Positions 38,157 to 46,496 of a stretch of DNA of 64,000 bases are shown one piece after another. The translations under genes and the position numbers were made by a program. The stretch is from assembly GCA_963803145.1 (NCBI GenBank), contig CAWDLW010000023.1, forward strand, positions 64,001 to 128,000, given 5' to 3'. Position 1 is the stretch's first letter. Every line of letters begins with the position of its first letter. The stretch comes from Methanotrichaceae archaeon. GTDB taxonomy: Archaea; Halobacteriota; Methanosarcinia; Methanotrichales; Methanotrichaceae. Below the pieces are notes generated by a model that saw only the letters and a list, made by a program, of their open reading frames with translations, had not been told where the DNA came from and searched no databases.

Positions 38157-38627
38157 ATGGTCACGAAAAAAGTAGGTACCTTTTCAGGAAATCCGATGTT
38201 GAGTAAAAGGGATTATCTCAGGTTAAGGCTTAACGATATGGAAGAGCCATTCAACTTTTCAGATTTAGAAATTGATGCTGAGTTATCAATGAATCCACCA
38301 TTAAAGGCGGCTCATCACCTGGCCACTGCGATGGTAGCCAAATTTTCAAGTAAGCCTTCGACAAGCATCGCCGGGAGTTCAGTAAACATTAGGGAGGTAG
38401 TTGAAAACTGGAGACGACTCGCAGAAGATTTCTTAACAGAATTCAGGCAAGATAATATGAGCATCAGCTTCCCGGCAGTCGGGAAAGTCGCCGATTCTAT
38501 ACCTGAGAATTTCCCAACCAGATTGAAGCCTGTTGATATTGAGCTACAGTCGTGGGATAATGATTCAAAGGCATCTATAGGGCCCGTAGATGTGAATAGA
38601 CCGGCGAGGCTTGAACACGGGGTATAG
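38157..38627 (+). CDS. Head-tail adaptor
   Basis: DYLRLRLND..FSDLEIDAEL helical pattern; AGGAGG SD; position. Confidence 0.65.
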   Translation: MVTKKVGTFSGNPMLSKRDYLRLRLNDMEEPFNFSDLEIDAELSMNPPLKAAHHLATAMVAKFSSKPSTSIAGSSVNIREVVENWRRLAEDFLTEFRQDNMSISFPAVGKVADSIPENFPTRLKPVDIELQSWDNDSKASIGPVDVNRPARLEHGV

Positions 38628-38635
38628 GAGGTATT

Positions 38636-38827
38636 ATGGCAGGTGAAACAAGACCACGCTCTACAGGAACAAAAATAATCATGGTTATAGATCCGAGCGG
38701 CAACTCCATAGAAGTAGCTGGTGGCGTTGGAGGAGAGATCAAGGTTATCTTATGCGGCATTCACAACAACACAGTAACGCCATTGCAATGTACTTCTGAT
38801 GGAAAACTGATAACATCCAGCAGTTAA
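38636..38827 (+). CDS. Small hypothetical virion protein
   Basis: GGAGGT SD; PLQCTSDGKL. Confidence 0.55.
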   Translation: MAGETRPRSTGTKIIMVIDPSGNSIEVAGGVGGEIKVILCGIHNNTVTPLQCTSDGKLITSSS

Positions 38828-38836
38828 GGTGAGGTC

Positions 38837-39439
38837 ATGGGCTACCTTGCAGATTACTTTTTAAAAGGGAAAAAAAATGCATGGCAAGTCAAACAAGGAC
38901 CTTTCATACTTTACAATGCCCTAACTCTCGATACAATTCCAATCGATTCAGCTCCAGAGGATAATTATCTTCTCATGATAACTATCCAGCCATCAGGAAC
39001 GCATGTTAATTGCGGATCTGTGGACCACCCAGGCCACGTAATCATAAACGACGAGGACTTAGTTTTCAAGGGAGAGGACAAACGAGCCAATACTTTAACC
39101 TTGTCCGGATTACCTGAAATAACCACCAGTGGCCTAGATTGTGGTATAGAACTCTTATGTATAACCACCAGCGGAAGCCCAATGGTCACAGATGTTTTAG
39201 AACCTATCGAAATATTGGTAAAACACAAAACAAGAAGAATCGAAAAGAGCCCGGGCATATTCACGGCCACCAATTACGATGTATATACAGAAGCCAAACT
39301 AGGGATGAACGATGTAATCCGGTTCAGAGATCCATTCAGAAACAATGAACTTCACGATATAGTAGTAAAAGACGCGCAAGATGGTTTAGACCCTACTCAA
39401 CACTATGAAGAAGCATTTAGGATTTTGAATTGCTTCTAA
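38837..39439 (+). CDS. Possible head-closure protein
   Basis: Beta-rich; position after the adaptor. Confidence 0.45.
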   Translation: MGYLADYFLKGKKNAWQVKQGPFILYNALTLDTIPIDSAPEDNYLLMITIQPSGTHVNCGSVDHPGHVIINDEDLVFKGEDKRANTLTLSGLPEITTSGLDCGIELLCITTSGSPMVTDVLEPIEILVKHKTRRIEKSPGIFTATNYDVYTEAKLGMNDVIRFRDPFRNNELHDIVVKDAQDGLDPTQHYEEAFRILNCF

Positions 39440-39501
39440 AGCGTGCAGCGCGGCGCAGCGCTGCAACGTTGCGCAACATTGCAAATCAGCCAGGAGGTAG
39501 A

Positions 39502-40257
39502 ATGGTCGTAATGAACATGGCGCCGGCAGCCGAGGAATCAGGCGAGGACCTGAAATCTTTAATTGAAAAAGGAAATTCAGCTTACCTTGATGACAAAGAG
39601 CTAATTGCCCTCGGCAGGCAATCTCTGGATATGGCAAGTGTTCTGGGTATTGAAGAACTCAAAGAGCTTGAGACTTTGATGCCCGAGATCCAGCATGCCA
39701 TCTATACCAGGACGATCTGGAGAACAGAAACAGAGATGAGGTTTTCAGTCCTTAACGATATGGACCACCCCACAACAGCCAGCAAATATCATCAGGCTAA
39801 GCTGGAAATGGCCGTGTTTGCTGAGAATCTTATTCAGCTCTCTTTTGAATACAGGCTCAAAAAGATCGAATTTGACGAGACTCTAGATAAAATGAAGAGT
39901 GCTGAACGTTTTGAAAAACTGAAGTTGGAGGTAGAACGGGATAAACTTCGCTGGACGCTTGAGGCCATGCGGATAGAAGCCAATCATCGATTAAGAGAGC
40001 TCAAATTGTGGCACAAAATCATGACGGAGCTAGTTTCTTCAGAGAAATTTGATATCGATGATAAGGACACGCAACAGCTGACGGCGTTACTTAAGAGGTA
40101 TCTGCAGGAATTGCCGGTAGCTCTTCGAAGCAAGAATGACACTTCAGCAAACAGGAACATCATAGCACACACGATAACCCTGATTGCAGAATGTGACCGT
40201 AGGAAAATAAAGTCTCAAGAGATTGAGAGAGGACGAAAATTATTGAGGTGCGTATAA
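39502..40257 (+). CDS. Coiled-coil phage protein
   Basis: AGGAGGT SD; WRTETEMRFSVLND..PT.ASKYHQ. Confidence 0.7.
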   Translation: MVVMNMAPAAEESGEDLKSLIEKGNSAYLDDKELIALGRQSLDMASVLGIEELKELETLMPEIQHAIYTRTIWRTETEMRFSVLNDMDHPTTASKYHQAKLEMAVFAENLIQLSFEYRLKKIEFDETLDKMKSAERFEKLKLEVERDKLRWTLEAMRIEANHRLRELKLWHKIMTELVSSEKFDIDDKDTQQLTALLKRYLQELPVALRSKNDTSANRNIIAHTITLIAECDRRKIKSQEIERGRKLLRCV

Positions 40258-40258
40258 T

Positions 40259-40699
40259 ATGACCAATGTTAGAGGTTTGTTAGTTGCCGGTCAAAACCAG
40301 GCCCTGGATGCAGTCTTTGGCTCTGGAACCCCGGCAACATTGTATGCAGGATTGGCCCAAAGTGTAACAGGATCTCCTTTGGCTCCATCGGGCGAGCCGA
40401 CCATAGGAAGCAATGGATATGCCAGGGTAGCTATTACAAATAACGCTACCAACTGGCCTGCTGCATCAGCGGGCGCTAAGACTTGCCAGGTTGATGTAGT
40501 ATTCCCAACTTCGAGCGGTGCATGGGCTTCAGGAAACCAGCTTACAGTATTCGTACTGTATGATTCCACAAGTGGCGGAGCAGCAATAGGGTTTGCGACG
40601 TTATCAACGCCCATAATCATATCAGGTGCGGGCATCACTGTAAAGCTACTGCATGCGAACAACGACCTGCAGGTGTCCATAACCGGGTCCGATACGTAA
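40259..40699 (+). CDS. Small virion/fibre-associated beta protein
   Basis: LYAGL..GEPTIGSNGYARVAIT..VVFPTSSGAW..LYDSTSGG; paralogous to the C-terminus of 49029-50420. Confidence 0.7.
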   Translation: MTNVRGLLVAGQNQALDAVFGSGTPATLYAGLAQSVTGSPLAPSGEPTIGSNGYARVAITNNATNWPAASAGAKTCQVDVVFPTSSGAWASGNQLTVFVLYDSTSGGAAIGFATLSTPIIISGAGITVKLLHANNDLQVSITGSDT

Positions 40700-40700
40700 A

Positions 40701-40897
40701 CGACGTAGAAGATCGGCGAAAAAGTACGCTGAGCTACGTTGGTTTGGTATAGCGGTTGAACATCTGTTATGGTCGAGCTTTCAGGCTATTGACAATATTA
40801 ACATTACAGTCCTTAGCCTGAACGCCCGACCTATGAAAGATCTGTTCTATGAACAATACCAGGAGAGCTTTCTGGCGAAAGATCCGCTCGGAAGCTC
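40701..40897 (+). ncRNA. Putative structured RNA (three stem-loops)
   Basis: CGACGTAG/CTACGTTG; TGGTAT/ATACCA, GGTCG/CGACC, TTCAGGCTA/TAGCCTGAA; GAGCTT/AAGCTC. Confidence 0.5.
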
Positions 40898-40923
40898 AAA
40901 ATTATTTAGCCAGGAGGAATATA

Positions 40924-41415
40924 ATGTCGAAGGAAAAAGACGATCTTGGCGACATGCCTGTATTAGACAGGTTAGTGCCGAATATACTAAGAGATGAAAG
41001 CAAAGATTGGTTGAACGACGATCTCTGTAACTACACAGGAGACGGCTCAGATCTGCCAACCGGAGGATATTCTACAGTCCCAGGTTGGAACCCTGAGAAG
41101 GTCGTTAGACAATGGATGGTAGAAGATGTAGACGCTGACGAGGGCTTCTCTCTAAAGCACACCAGAGAGCTTGTTGCTGACGATATTATTGTTGGCACAG
41201 TAATGAATCTGAAAGCTCTTGCCGTGATTGTCAGCGCTTTTGGCAGAGACTTCTATACTATCGAGGACGCCAATGGAGAGAGACTGACTCTTGACAAATG
41301 GTATCAGAAGTATGGCACAAATGGTCTCGGCCTGGTCGCTATTAGAAACATGAGAGAAGAACTCACAGGTGGCGGAGTTCATTACGGTGATAAGAAAGCA
41401 GAGGGATCTAAGTGA
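40924..41415 (+). CDS. Hypothetical acidic protein
   Basis: AGGAGG SD before ATG 40924. Confidence 0.65.
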   Translation: MSKEKDDLGDMPVLDRLVPNILRDESKDWLNDDLCNYTGDGSDLPTGGYSTVPGWNPEKVVRQWMVEDVDADEGFSLKHTRELVADDIIVGTVMNLKALAVIVSAFGRDFYTIEDANGERLTLDKWYQKYGTNGLGLVAIRNMREELTGGGVHYGDKKAEGSK

Positions 41416-41756
41416 GAATAAGAATCTTTGAATCCCTTATCATTATTTTACTCCTGATGTCTGTTGTTACTGCACATCTAGCCACACCGTTGAATATCGT
41501 GCAGAATGCAGGCAAAGAGAACATAACTACAATCTCTATTTCAGGCCTGAACTCAAGTGCCGCTGATGCGATGGGAAAACTCAACAACAATAATTCTCTG
41601 TGGCGAGGATCGACCTTCCGTAATTTCGACAACGGAATTCGCGTTGATGCGGAATATACAATTATTCAAGGAACAAATAGCACTATCGGCGGAGTTCCTA
41701 CAAATCTACTCAACTTCTCAAAGACTATGCCGCCAATCGTGAAAGTAGGTGATTAA
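41412..41756 (+). CDS. Small secreted protein
   Basis: Signal-peptide-like N-terminus; NxS/T sequons. Confidence 0.6.
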   Translation: MRIRIFESLIIILLLMSVVTAHLATPLNIVQNAGKENITTISISGLNSSAADAMGKLNNNNSLWRGSTFRNFDNGIRVDAEYTIIQGTNSTIGGVPTNLLNFSKTMPPIVKVGD

Positions 41757-41757
41757 A

Positions 41758-42687
41758 ATGGTTGATAATCGTCGTACACACGGAATAAAAATATCTGATG
41801 ACCAGCGCCATGCTAATCGTAAGAGAAGCATGGTAGCTCATCAAAAGCTGAGAGCCGAGCACTTCACATATCCGAATTCGACTGACTGGCGCAATGTTGA
41901 CGGTAAAGACTTTACTACTTCGATAAAAGATCAACTGCAATGTGGAGCATGTACTGCTTTTGGAACTTGCGGAGTTGGTGAGTGCGTGTTTAAGATCACT
42001 CAGAACGATCCAACGTTGCAGCCGGATTTCTCGGAGCAGTTCTTGTTCAATGCAGTGAAAGGAACCTGCGAGGATGGTGCTGACATCAACGATATCACTC
42101 AGGCTCTAGTCGCACCAGGAACACCGGACGAGGCGTGTTGCGAGTATCTCCAAAAGCAAGTTTGCCCAGATGCTATCACGAGACTTTTCAAGGCAACAGG
42201 CAATACAGAGATTGTGACGGATGCCGAAGCTAAGCAGTGGCTAGCCACGAAAGGTCCGTTGGTATCGGGTATGGGAGTTCCAAAATCGTTCAATGATTAT
42301 AATGGCGGGATATTCAAACAGCAAGGAGCTAATGATGCAATAGAAGGATATCACTGCATAGGAATTTACGGATACAACGAAAAAGAAGGTTATTGGATCT
42401 GTAAGAACTCCTGGGGATCAGATATTTGGGGAGAGGCAAACCCGAATCCAAACGCTGATCTGACTAAGAAAGGCTGGTTCAAAATGGGCTATGGCGAATG
42501 TGGCATGGGATCTGATATACCGTTCTTCGGATTCCAGGCGGTGAAAGGCCCAAACTCGCCTAACCCAAATCCTGAGCCAGACCCAACCCCAAGTCCGATT
42601 AACGAGATTCCGTTGTGGATTAAAATAGCGGCTATCGTTGTAACGGTCGTTATCATCGCGCTCGGATTATACTTCAGAGCGAATTAA
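41758..42687 (+). CDS. Papain-like (C1A) cysteine peptidase with a C-terminal membrane anchor
   Basis: DWR, DQLQCGACTAF, FSEQ, YHCIGIYGY, KNSWG; Pro-rich linker then hydrophobic helix. Confidence 0.92.
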   Translation: MVDNRRTHGIKISDDQRHANRKRSMVAHQKLRAEHFTYPNSTDWRNVDGKDFTTSIKDQLQCGACTAFGTCGVGECVFKITQNDPTLQPDFSEQFLFNAVKGTCEDGADINDITQALVAPGTPDEACCEYLQKQVCPDAITRLFKATGNTEIVTDAEAKQWLATKGPLVSGMGVPKSFNDYNGGIFKQQGANDAIEGYHCIGIYGYNEKEGYWICKNSWGSDIWGEANPNPNADLTKKGWFKMGYGECGMGSDIPFFGFQAVKGPNSPNPNPEPDPTPSPINEIPLWIKIAAIVVTVVIIALGLYFRAN

Positions 42688-42710
42688 AGATCAAACGACT
42701 GAGAGGCAGT

Positions 42711-45650
42711 ATTATAAAAATTTTATTTTTATTCTTGGCAATCCTGTTAACAGGATTGCTGGTATCGACATCGATTGCATCAACTGCGCCTGTTGTAACG
42801 AACGCAAACTACTTTGCCTCGGAAAGTGCGAGACTAGGAGGAGTTGTATTAGATACAGGCGGAATTAATCCAACTGTTCATATATATTGGGGAACCTCAG
42901 ATGGTGGAACAACTGTGGGAAGTTGGCAGCATGACGAGAATCTTGGTATCCAGCCTCAAGGCGCTTTCCATAAAGACATAACCGGCCTCAGTCCAAGTTA
43001 TACGTATTATTTCAGATGTTATGCTGTTAACACCGTTGGGAGTGCGTGGGCTGACGGAACTACAAAATTTATAACCCAATCGTTGCCTGGCGCTCCGAGT
43101 GTCTCAAATTCTTACGGTGCGTCTAATATAGCTTATTCGTCAGCTAGATTAAACGGACTTATAACAGCCACTGGCGGTGAAAATCCCACGGTTCGAATCC
43201 ATTGGGGAACTACGGATAATGGAACTGCCGCCGCCAACTGGCAGCATAATGAAAGTCTAGGAGTATTGCCAGCGGGAGCCTTTTATGAAGATATAAATGG
43301 TCTCAGTGGAAATACTACATACTATTATAGGTGCTATGCAGCCAATCCAGGCGGGAGCGCATGGGCAAACAATACCTCAAATTTCACAATTACAAATTCG
43401 CCGATGCCGCTTGTAGGATCTAATGATAATGGCCCATGGCCCTATGGCGCAGGATTAGACTACTTTGATTTGATCCAATATAAAGCAACATCCAGCGGAA
43501 TAATAAACGATTTCAGGGTCAAGACATCAGGAAGTGGACATGTAAAAGTTGCAGTATATGCCGATAGTTCAGGCGCGCCAGGTGCATTGCTTTCCCGTTC
43601 CGACAATGCGGGAACAGCAGTAAGCGCGGGCTGGAATAATATAAGCATAGATGAAACAACCATAACCAAAGATAACTATTATTGGCTAGCATTCGATGCT
43701 GATGCTAATATTGTATGCTACAATTATTCCAGTAGTTGGCCGCTATCCTGGTATGGTAAAACTGCCATATATAGCAGCTTTACATTCCCACAGACAGCAG
43801 GTACGGGATTTGGTACATGGACAGGATACGCAGCAGCCGTATCTGCATGGTACGTTCCAGTGACTTCAAAGAAGCTAGTAGGAACGGCAGATAACGCCTA
43901 TCCTTACTTCTCAGGTAGTGGATGGTTTGCTCTTAATGAGTATAAAGCAACATCCAGCGGGATTGCAACTGTTTACAGGGTCAAGACATCAGGAAGTGGA
44001 CATGTAAAAGTTGCAGTATATGCCGATAGTTCAGGCGCGCCAGGTGCATTGCTTTCCCGTTCCGACAATGCGGGAACAGCAGTAAGCACGGGCTGGAATA
44101 ATATAAGCATTCCGGCAACGATTATAAATAAGAATAGTCACTATTGGCTGGCATTTATCGCCGACAGCGATATTATATGCTATACCTACGAAAGTGATTA
44201 TCCTATGTCATGGTATGGTAAAACTGCCACTTATAGCAGCTTTACGTATCCATCGACAGCGGGAGGAGGATTCACAACTTGGACGGGATATCATGCTGCG
44301 TTGGCTTTGTGGGATATGTCGATATTTCCGACAATCCCAAATCCTTACCAATGCTATAAAGGCACAAAAAACTTAACTTCTTTTTATCCCAATGCCCAAA
44401 TAGCGTACTGGACTCCATCAACTACTTATCCTGATGGATATGTCGCATTGTATACGCCTGCCAATGAATCTACACCGGCTAAAGTGATTGATCCTTTTCT
44501 TGGTATCAGTGATGCGAGTAAATATCCTGTGATAAGCAAGACTTTCGACAATTTGACGGCGTTCGATGACTATATGATATACGTCAATCCATATCCTGAA
44601 AACTACAGCTTTGCCAATACGTCCTTAACAGCTTTCAGAGATTCAATTAAAAACGCTTCCAAGAATGCAGCGATTAGTATAACTGTTAGTTCAAGTGATG
44701 ACGTTCCGATAGTCATAACAACAGATCTACCGTATATTTATTCTATAGGAGAGAGCAACGGCCAAACTTCGAGATGTCTAATATTCCCAGTGGCGGATCT
44801 AGGATATTGTGAAGCTGGCACGCTGGCTTTATGGCAACATTATCATGATCTGGGTATATCTTGTTGGATTGCTACATGGACCACACCGTTCTGGAGCAAT
44901 CAACCAAGTCATGACGAGCTGTGGATTCCCAACTGCGTCTCTGTACGATATCCGTCGGTGTTTCCTGGGCTGGTCGGCACAGACCCTAGTGGCTTGGGCA
45001 ATACGCCTTATTTCTCATACATTCAGGAATGGGAGGATACGCACGATAACAATCAACTTTCGTTTGCTTTGAAATTGGGGCAAGAGGCGGGGCTGGAACA
45101 ATATCTTGGAAGCAGCCCATTATATAGCCTGTTTACTAATTCGGCTGGCGGCACTTTGATAGATTCGCACTATGGGCCAGAATTCTGTGACCAGATGCCC
45201 ACTCCTTCACATTTGAGTGCTACCCCGGCTGAATATCAAGCATATGAGAGGTCGTTATGGGCTGATGTAACAAATTTGAAGCTTAGTGCCAGTCATATGA
45301 AATGGAGCCCTTCCCAACTCGAACATATCAATAGTAGGCTTGAGGAAATCAATAGAACTTTGGACATTATCAACGCTTCGATGAGCTCTTCGGAACCTCT
45401 CAATAACACCATGCAGCGCTATTTAAACTACGGACTTAACAACAGCAGCCTAAATCTAACAGTGAATATGAACATCACAGAATGCGGGCCTATTGGCGAT
45501 TGTTACAACATTACTGAAGAGCCTAAATATTCCAACGAAAGCGAAAATCTGACATTTGCCAGATTCTCGCCACAGAGAATATCGATAAAGACTTCACCGA
45601 ATGCGAGCACAGCGGCTCGCAGACATCGAAGCCAGAACAATCAATTTTGA
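42711..45650 (+). CDS. Large exported adhesin-like protein (two Fn3-like and two repeated beta domains)
   Basis: GLSPSYTYYFRCYAVN / GLSGNTTYYYRCYAAN; duplicated SGHVKVAVYADSSGAPG domain; start inferred upstream of TTG 42735. Confidence 0.7.
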   Translation: MIKILFLFLAILLTGLLVSTSIASTAPVVTNANYFASESARLGGVVLDTGGINPTVHIYWGTSDGGTTVGSWQHDENLGIQPQGAFHKDITGLSPSYTYYFRCYAVNTVGSAWADGTTKFITQSLPGAPSVSNSYGASNIAYSSARLNGLITATGGENPTVRIHWGTTDNGTAAANWQHNESLGVLPAGAFYEDINGLSGNTTYYYRCYAANPGGSAWANNTSNFTITNSPMPLVGSNDNGPWPYGAGLDYFDLIQYKATSSGIINDFRVKTSGSGHVKVAVYADSSGAPGALLSRSDNAGTAVSAGWNNISIDETTITKDNYYWLAFDADANIVCYNYSSSWPLSWYGKTAIYSSFTFPQTAGTGFGTWTGYAAAVSAWYVPVTSKKLVGTADNAYPYFSGSGWFALNEYKATSSGIATVYRVKTSGSGHVKVAVYADSSGAPGALLSRSDNAGTAVSTGWNNISIPATIINKNSHYWLAFIADSDIICYTYESDYPMSWYGKTATYSSFTYPSTAGGGFTTWTGYHAALALWDMSIFPTIPNPYQCYKGTKNLTSFYPNAQIAYWTPSTTYPDGYVALYTPANESTPAKVIDPFLGISDASKYPVISKTFDNLTAFDDYMIYVNPYPENYSFANTSLTAFRDSIKNASKNAAISITVSSSDDVPIVITTDLPYIYSIGESNGQTSRCLIFPVADLGYCEAGTLALWQHYHDLGISCWIATWTTPFWSNQPSHDELWIPNCVSVRYPSVFPGLVGTDPSGLGNTPYFSYIQEWEDTHDNNQLSFALKLGQEAGLEQYLGSSPLYSLFTNSAGGTLIDSHYGPEFCDQMPTPSHLSATPAEYQAYERSLWADVTNLKLSASHMKWSPSQLEHINSRLEEINRTLDIINASMSSSEPLNNTMQRYLNYGLNNSSLNLTVNMNITECGPIGDCYNITEEPKYSNESENLTFARFSPQRISIKTSPNASTAARRHRSQNNQF
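43514..44110 (+). repeat. 135-bp direct repeat (43514-43648 / 43976-44110), one mismatch
   Basis: CAGGGTCAAGACATCAGG...AATATAAGCAT occurs twice. Confidence 0.9.
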
Positions 45651-45729
45651 ATCATTTTTCAGTGCTCGGCAGTCGCTTTTTTGTTGCTGTCAATCTCGCA
45701 TTGAATGTTTAAGAAAATCTAGGAGGAAA

Positions 45730-46047
45730 ATGAAAATGGCAGATAAAACTGTAGAGAAACTTGGTATAGATTGGAAAGGGTTTAGACAGGATGCTTTGCT
45801 GACAGCTCAGGAGATCATGAATGCGAAAGATGCTCTTGAGTCGAACCCCAAGATAATGAGCGATGCTATGACTCTTGGCACTGCTCTTGGCGTGTGCATC
45901 GGAACATGGAGCCTAGTCCCAGGATTTGCAGTAGGTCAGGCTGCAATGAACCTCATGAACGATATCGTTGCCGATAAAACCCTGGTGACCGAGTGCGCCA
46001 CTCTTGTAGAGCTTCTAAAGAAGCTGGCAGCCGACATAGCGCAGTAA
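45730..46047 (+). CDS. Small protein with a hydrophobic segment (possible holin-like)
   Basis: AGGAGG SD; LGTALGVCIGTWSLVPGFAVG. Confidence 0.45.
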   Translation: MKMADKTVEKLGIDWKGFRQDALLTAQEIMNAKDALESNPKIMSDAMTLGTALGVCIGTWSLVPGFAVGQAAMNLMNDIVADKTLVTECATLVELLKKLAADIAQ

Positions 46048-46148
46048 GAAGGGATGCCTTATCACCACGAGCGCCCGTGTGATAAGACAGAGCCCTCATC
46101 GACACCTAACTCTCTCTCAGATTTTAATCTTTTTCGAGAGGCGATCGG

Positions 46149-46472
46149 ATGGCTGAGATTAATGTCGTGTCTCGGATGGCCGTTTTTGAGGACTTCAAAA
46201 CGAGGGCCGAGAAACAGATCGAAGAGCTTTTCAGCAAGATCAACAGCTACGAGGTGTGCACAGCCACAATCAATGTGATGCTGCCTACAATTCAGCGAGA
46301 TTTAACGAAGATCACGGAAGATCTTGAGTCGTTGAAGACATCGCTGAACCAGGGCAAAGGCAAGTCGAAAGCTTGGTATGAGATCCGAGAGTGGCTAGCT
46401 GTTTTCTGTACTCTCGGAGCGGTTGTCATAGCCGGCATCTCTCTCGTAGTCGGCCACATGTTCTGGAAATAA
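46149..46472 (+). CDS. Coiled-coil protein with a C-terminal TM helix (XhlA/holin-like architecture)
   Basis: Heptads, then WLAVFCTLGAVVIAGISLVVG. Confidence 0.55.
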   Translation: MAEINVVSRMAVFEDFKTRAEKQIEELFSKINSYEVCTATINVMLPTIQRDLTKITEDLESLKTSLNQGKGKSKAWYEIREWLAVFCTLGAVVIAGISLVVGHMFWK

Positions 46473-46496
46473 CATCTGTGTTCGTCGGTTAAAGTT

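Noticed and set aside
43479-44290. Diversity-generating retroelement TR/VR pair
   Set aside because: Differences are not adenine-specific, both copies are in one ORF, and no reverse transcriptase is in the window
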